NCBI GenBank assembly: GCA_025558095.1
Contig: JAIVFI010000019.1
Location: 310,001-374,000, forward strand
Origin: Hyaloraphidium curvatum SAG 235-1
Lineage: Eukaryota; Fungi; Monoblepharomycota
Length of the DNA: 64,000 bases
Direction: 5' to 3'
The stretch's first letter is position 1. Every line of letters starts with the position of its first letter. Under the pieces are notes generated by a model. The model was given only the letters and a program-made list of their open reading frames with translations, was not told where the DNA came from and ran no database searches. This document shows, piece by piece, positions 63,711 to 64,000 of this stretch. Both the position numbers and the translations under genes were made by a program.

Positions 63711-64000
63711 ATGACGACCCTCCTCATCGACAACTACGATAGGTTCGTCTTGGCTCAATCTTCTCGTTTCGATTCCGCTCACCGTGCCCCAGCTTCACCT
63801 GGAACGTTTTCCAGTATCTCGAGTCCCTCGGGGCTCACGTCAAGGTCTTTCGGAACGACGAAATCACCGTCGAGGAGTGCCTGGCGCTCAATCCGCGGAA
63901 CGTCGTTATCAGCCCGGGTCCGGGTCGTCCGGACGCCGCCGGCATCTCCGAAGACGTCATCACTGCTTTTGCCGGCAAGGTCCCGATCCTCGGCGTGTGC
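63711..64000 (+). CDS. TRP3: Anthranilate synthase component II glutamine amidotransferase (probably the N-terminus of multifunctional TrpG-C(-F)), truncated by the window end
   Basis: [11 protein letters not shown]|[37 protein letters not shown]; intron ~63743-63792. Confidence 0.92.
   Translation, partial: MTTLLIDNYDRFVLAQSSRFDSAHRAPASPGTFSSISSPSGLTSRSFGTTKSPSRSAWRSIRGTSLSARVRVVRTPPASPKTSSLLLPARSRSSAC

Noticed and set aside
63431-63742. Possible trpE-trpG translational fusion through the spacer ORF
   Set aside because: The frames differ, trpE has a clean stop, and there is no suitable acceptor just before the trpG ATG.

Overview
Eukaryotic, intron-rich (mostly ~50-60 nt introns), GC-rich and very gene-dense fungal DNA. 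Aladin, FRG1, a PDZD8-like SMP protein and an intron-rich histone H1 suggest an early-diverging zoosporic fungus (chytrid or monoblepharid; inference). I rebuilt about 30 protein-coding genes by splicing ORF fragments by eye: SDHAF4 (3' end), Amidohydro_3, SGD1/NOM1, a polytopic membrane protein, RFC3/Rfc5, a WW protein, TBCC, a probably inactive alpha/beta hydrolase, a MetR/CYS-3-like bZIP, RTF2, ACSF2-like, Aladin, MRPL47, FRG1, a divergent eIF1A-like gene, an RS/P-rich protein, an ATAD1-like AAA ATPase, TBP, histone H1, Rpa14/Ker1-like, a PH/coiled-coil protein, RAD9, EFM4, a Sel1-repeat protein, NOP56, an SMP-START-GOLD-GOLD protein, OGG1, SMC3, an ESCRT-III/Ubl-like fusion, a CLC transporter, and anthranilate synthase components I and II. 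I saw no tRNA, rRNA, CRISPR array or transposon. Best leads: the operon-like trpE-trpG tandem, the SMP-START-GOLD-GOLD lipid-transfer tether, the ESCRT-III/Ubl-like fusion, the eIF1A paralogue lacking its RNA-binding residues, two candidate non-coding snoRNA-host loci, and intergenic gaps small enough to suggest polycistronic or overlapping transcription. All family calls come from motif recognition; no database search was run.
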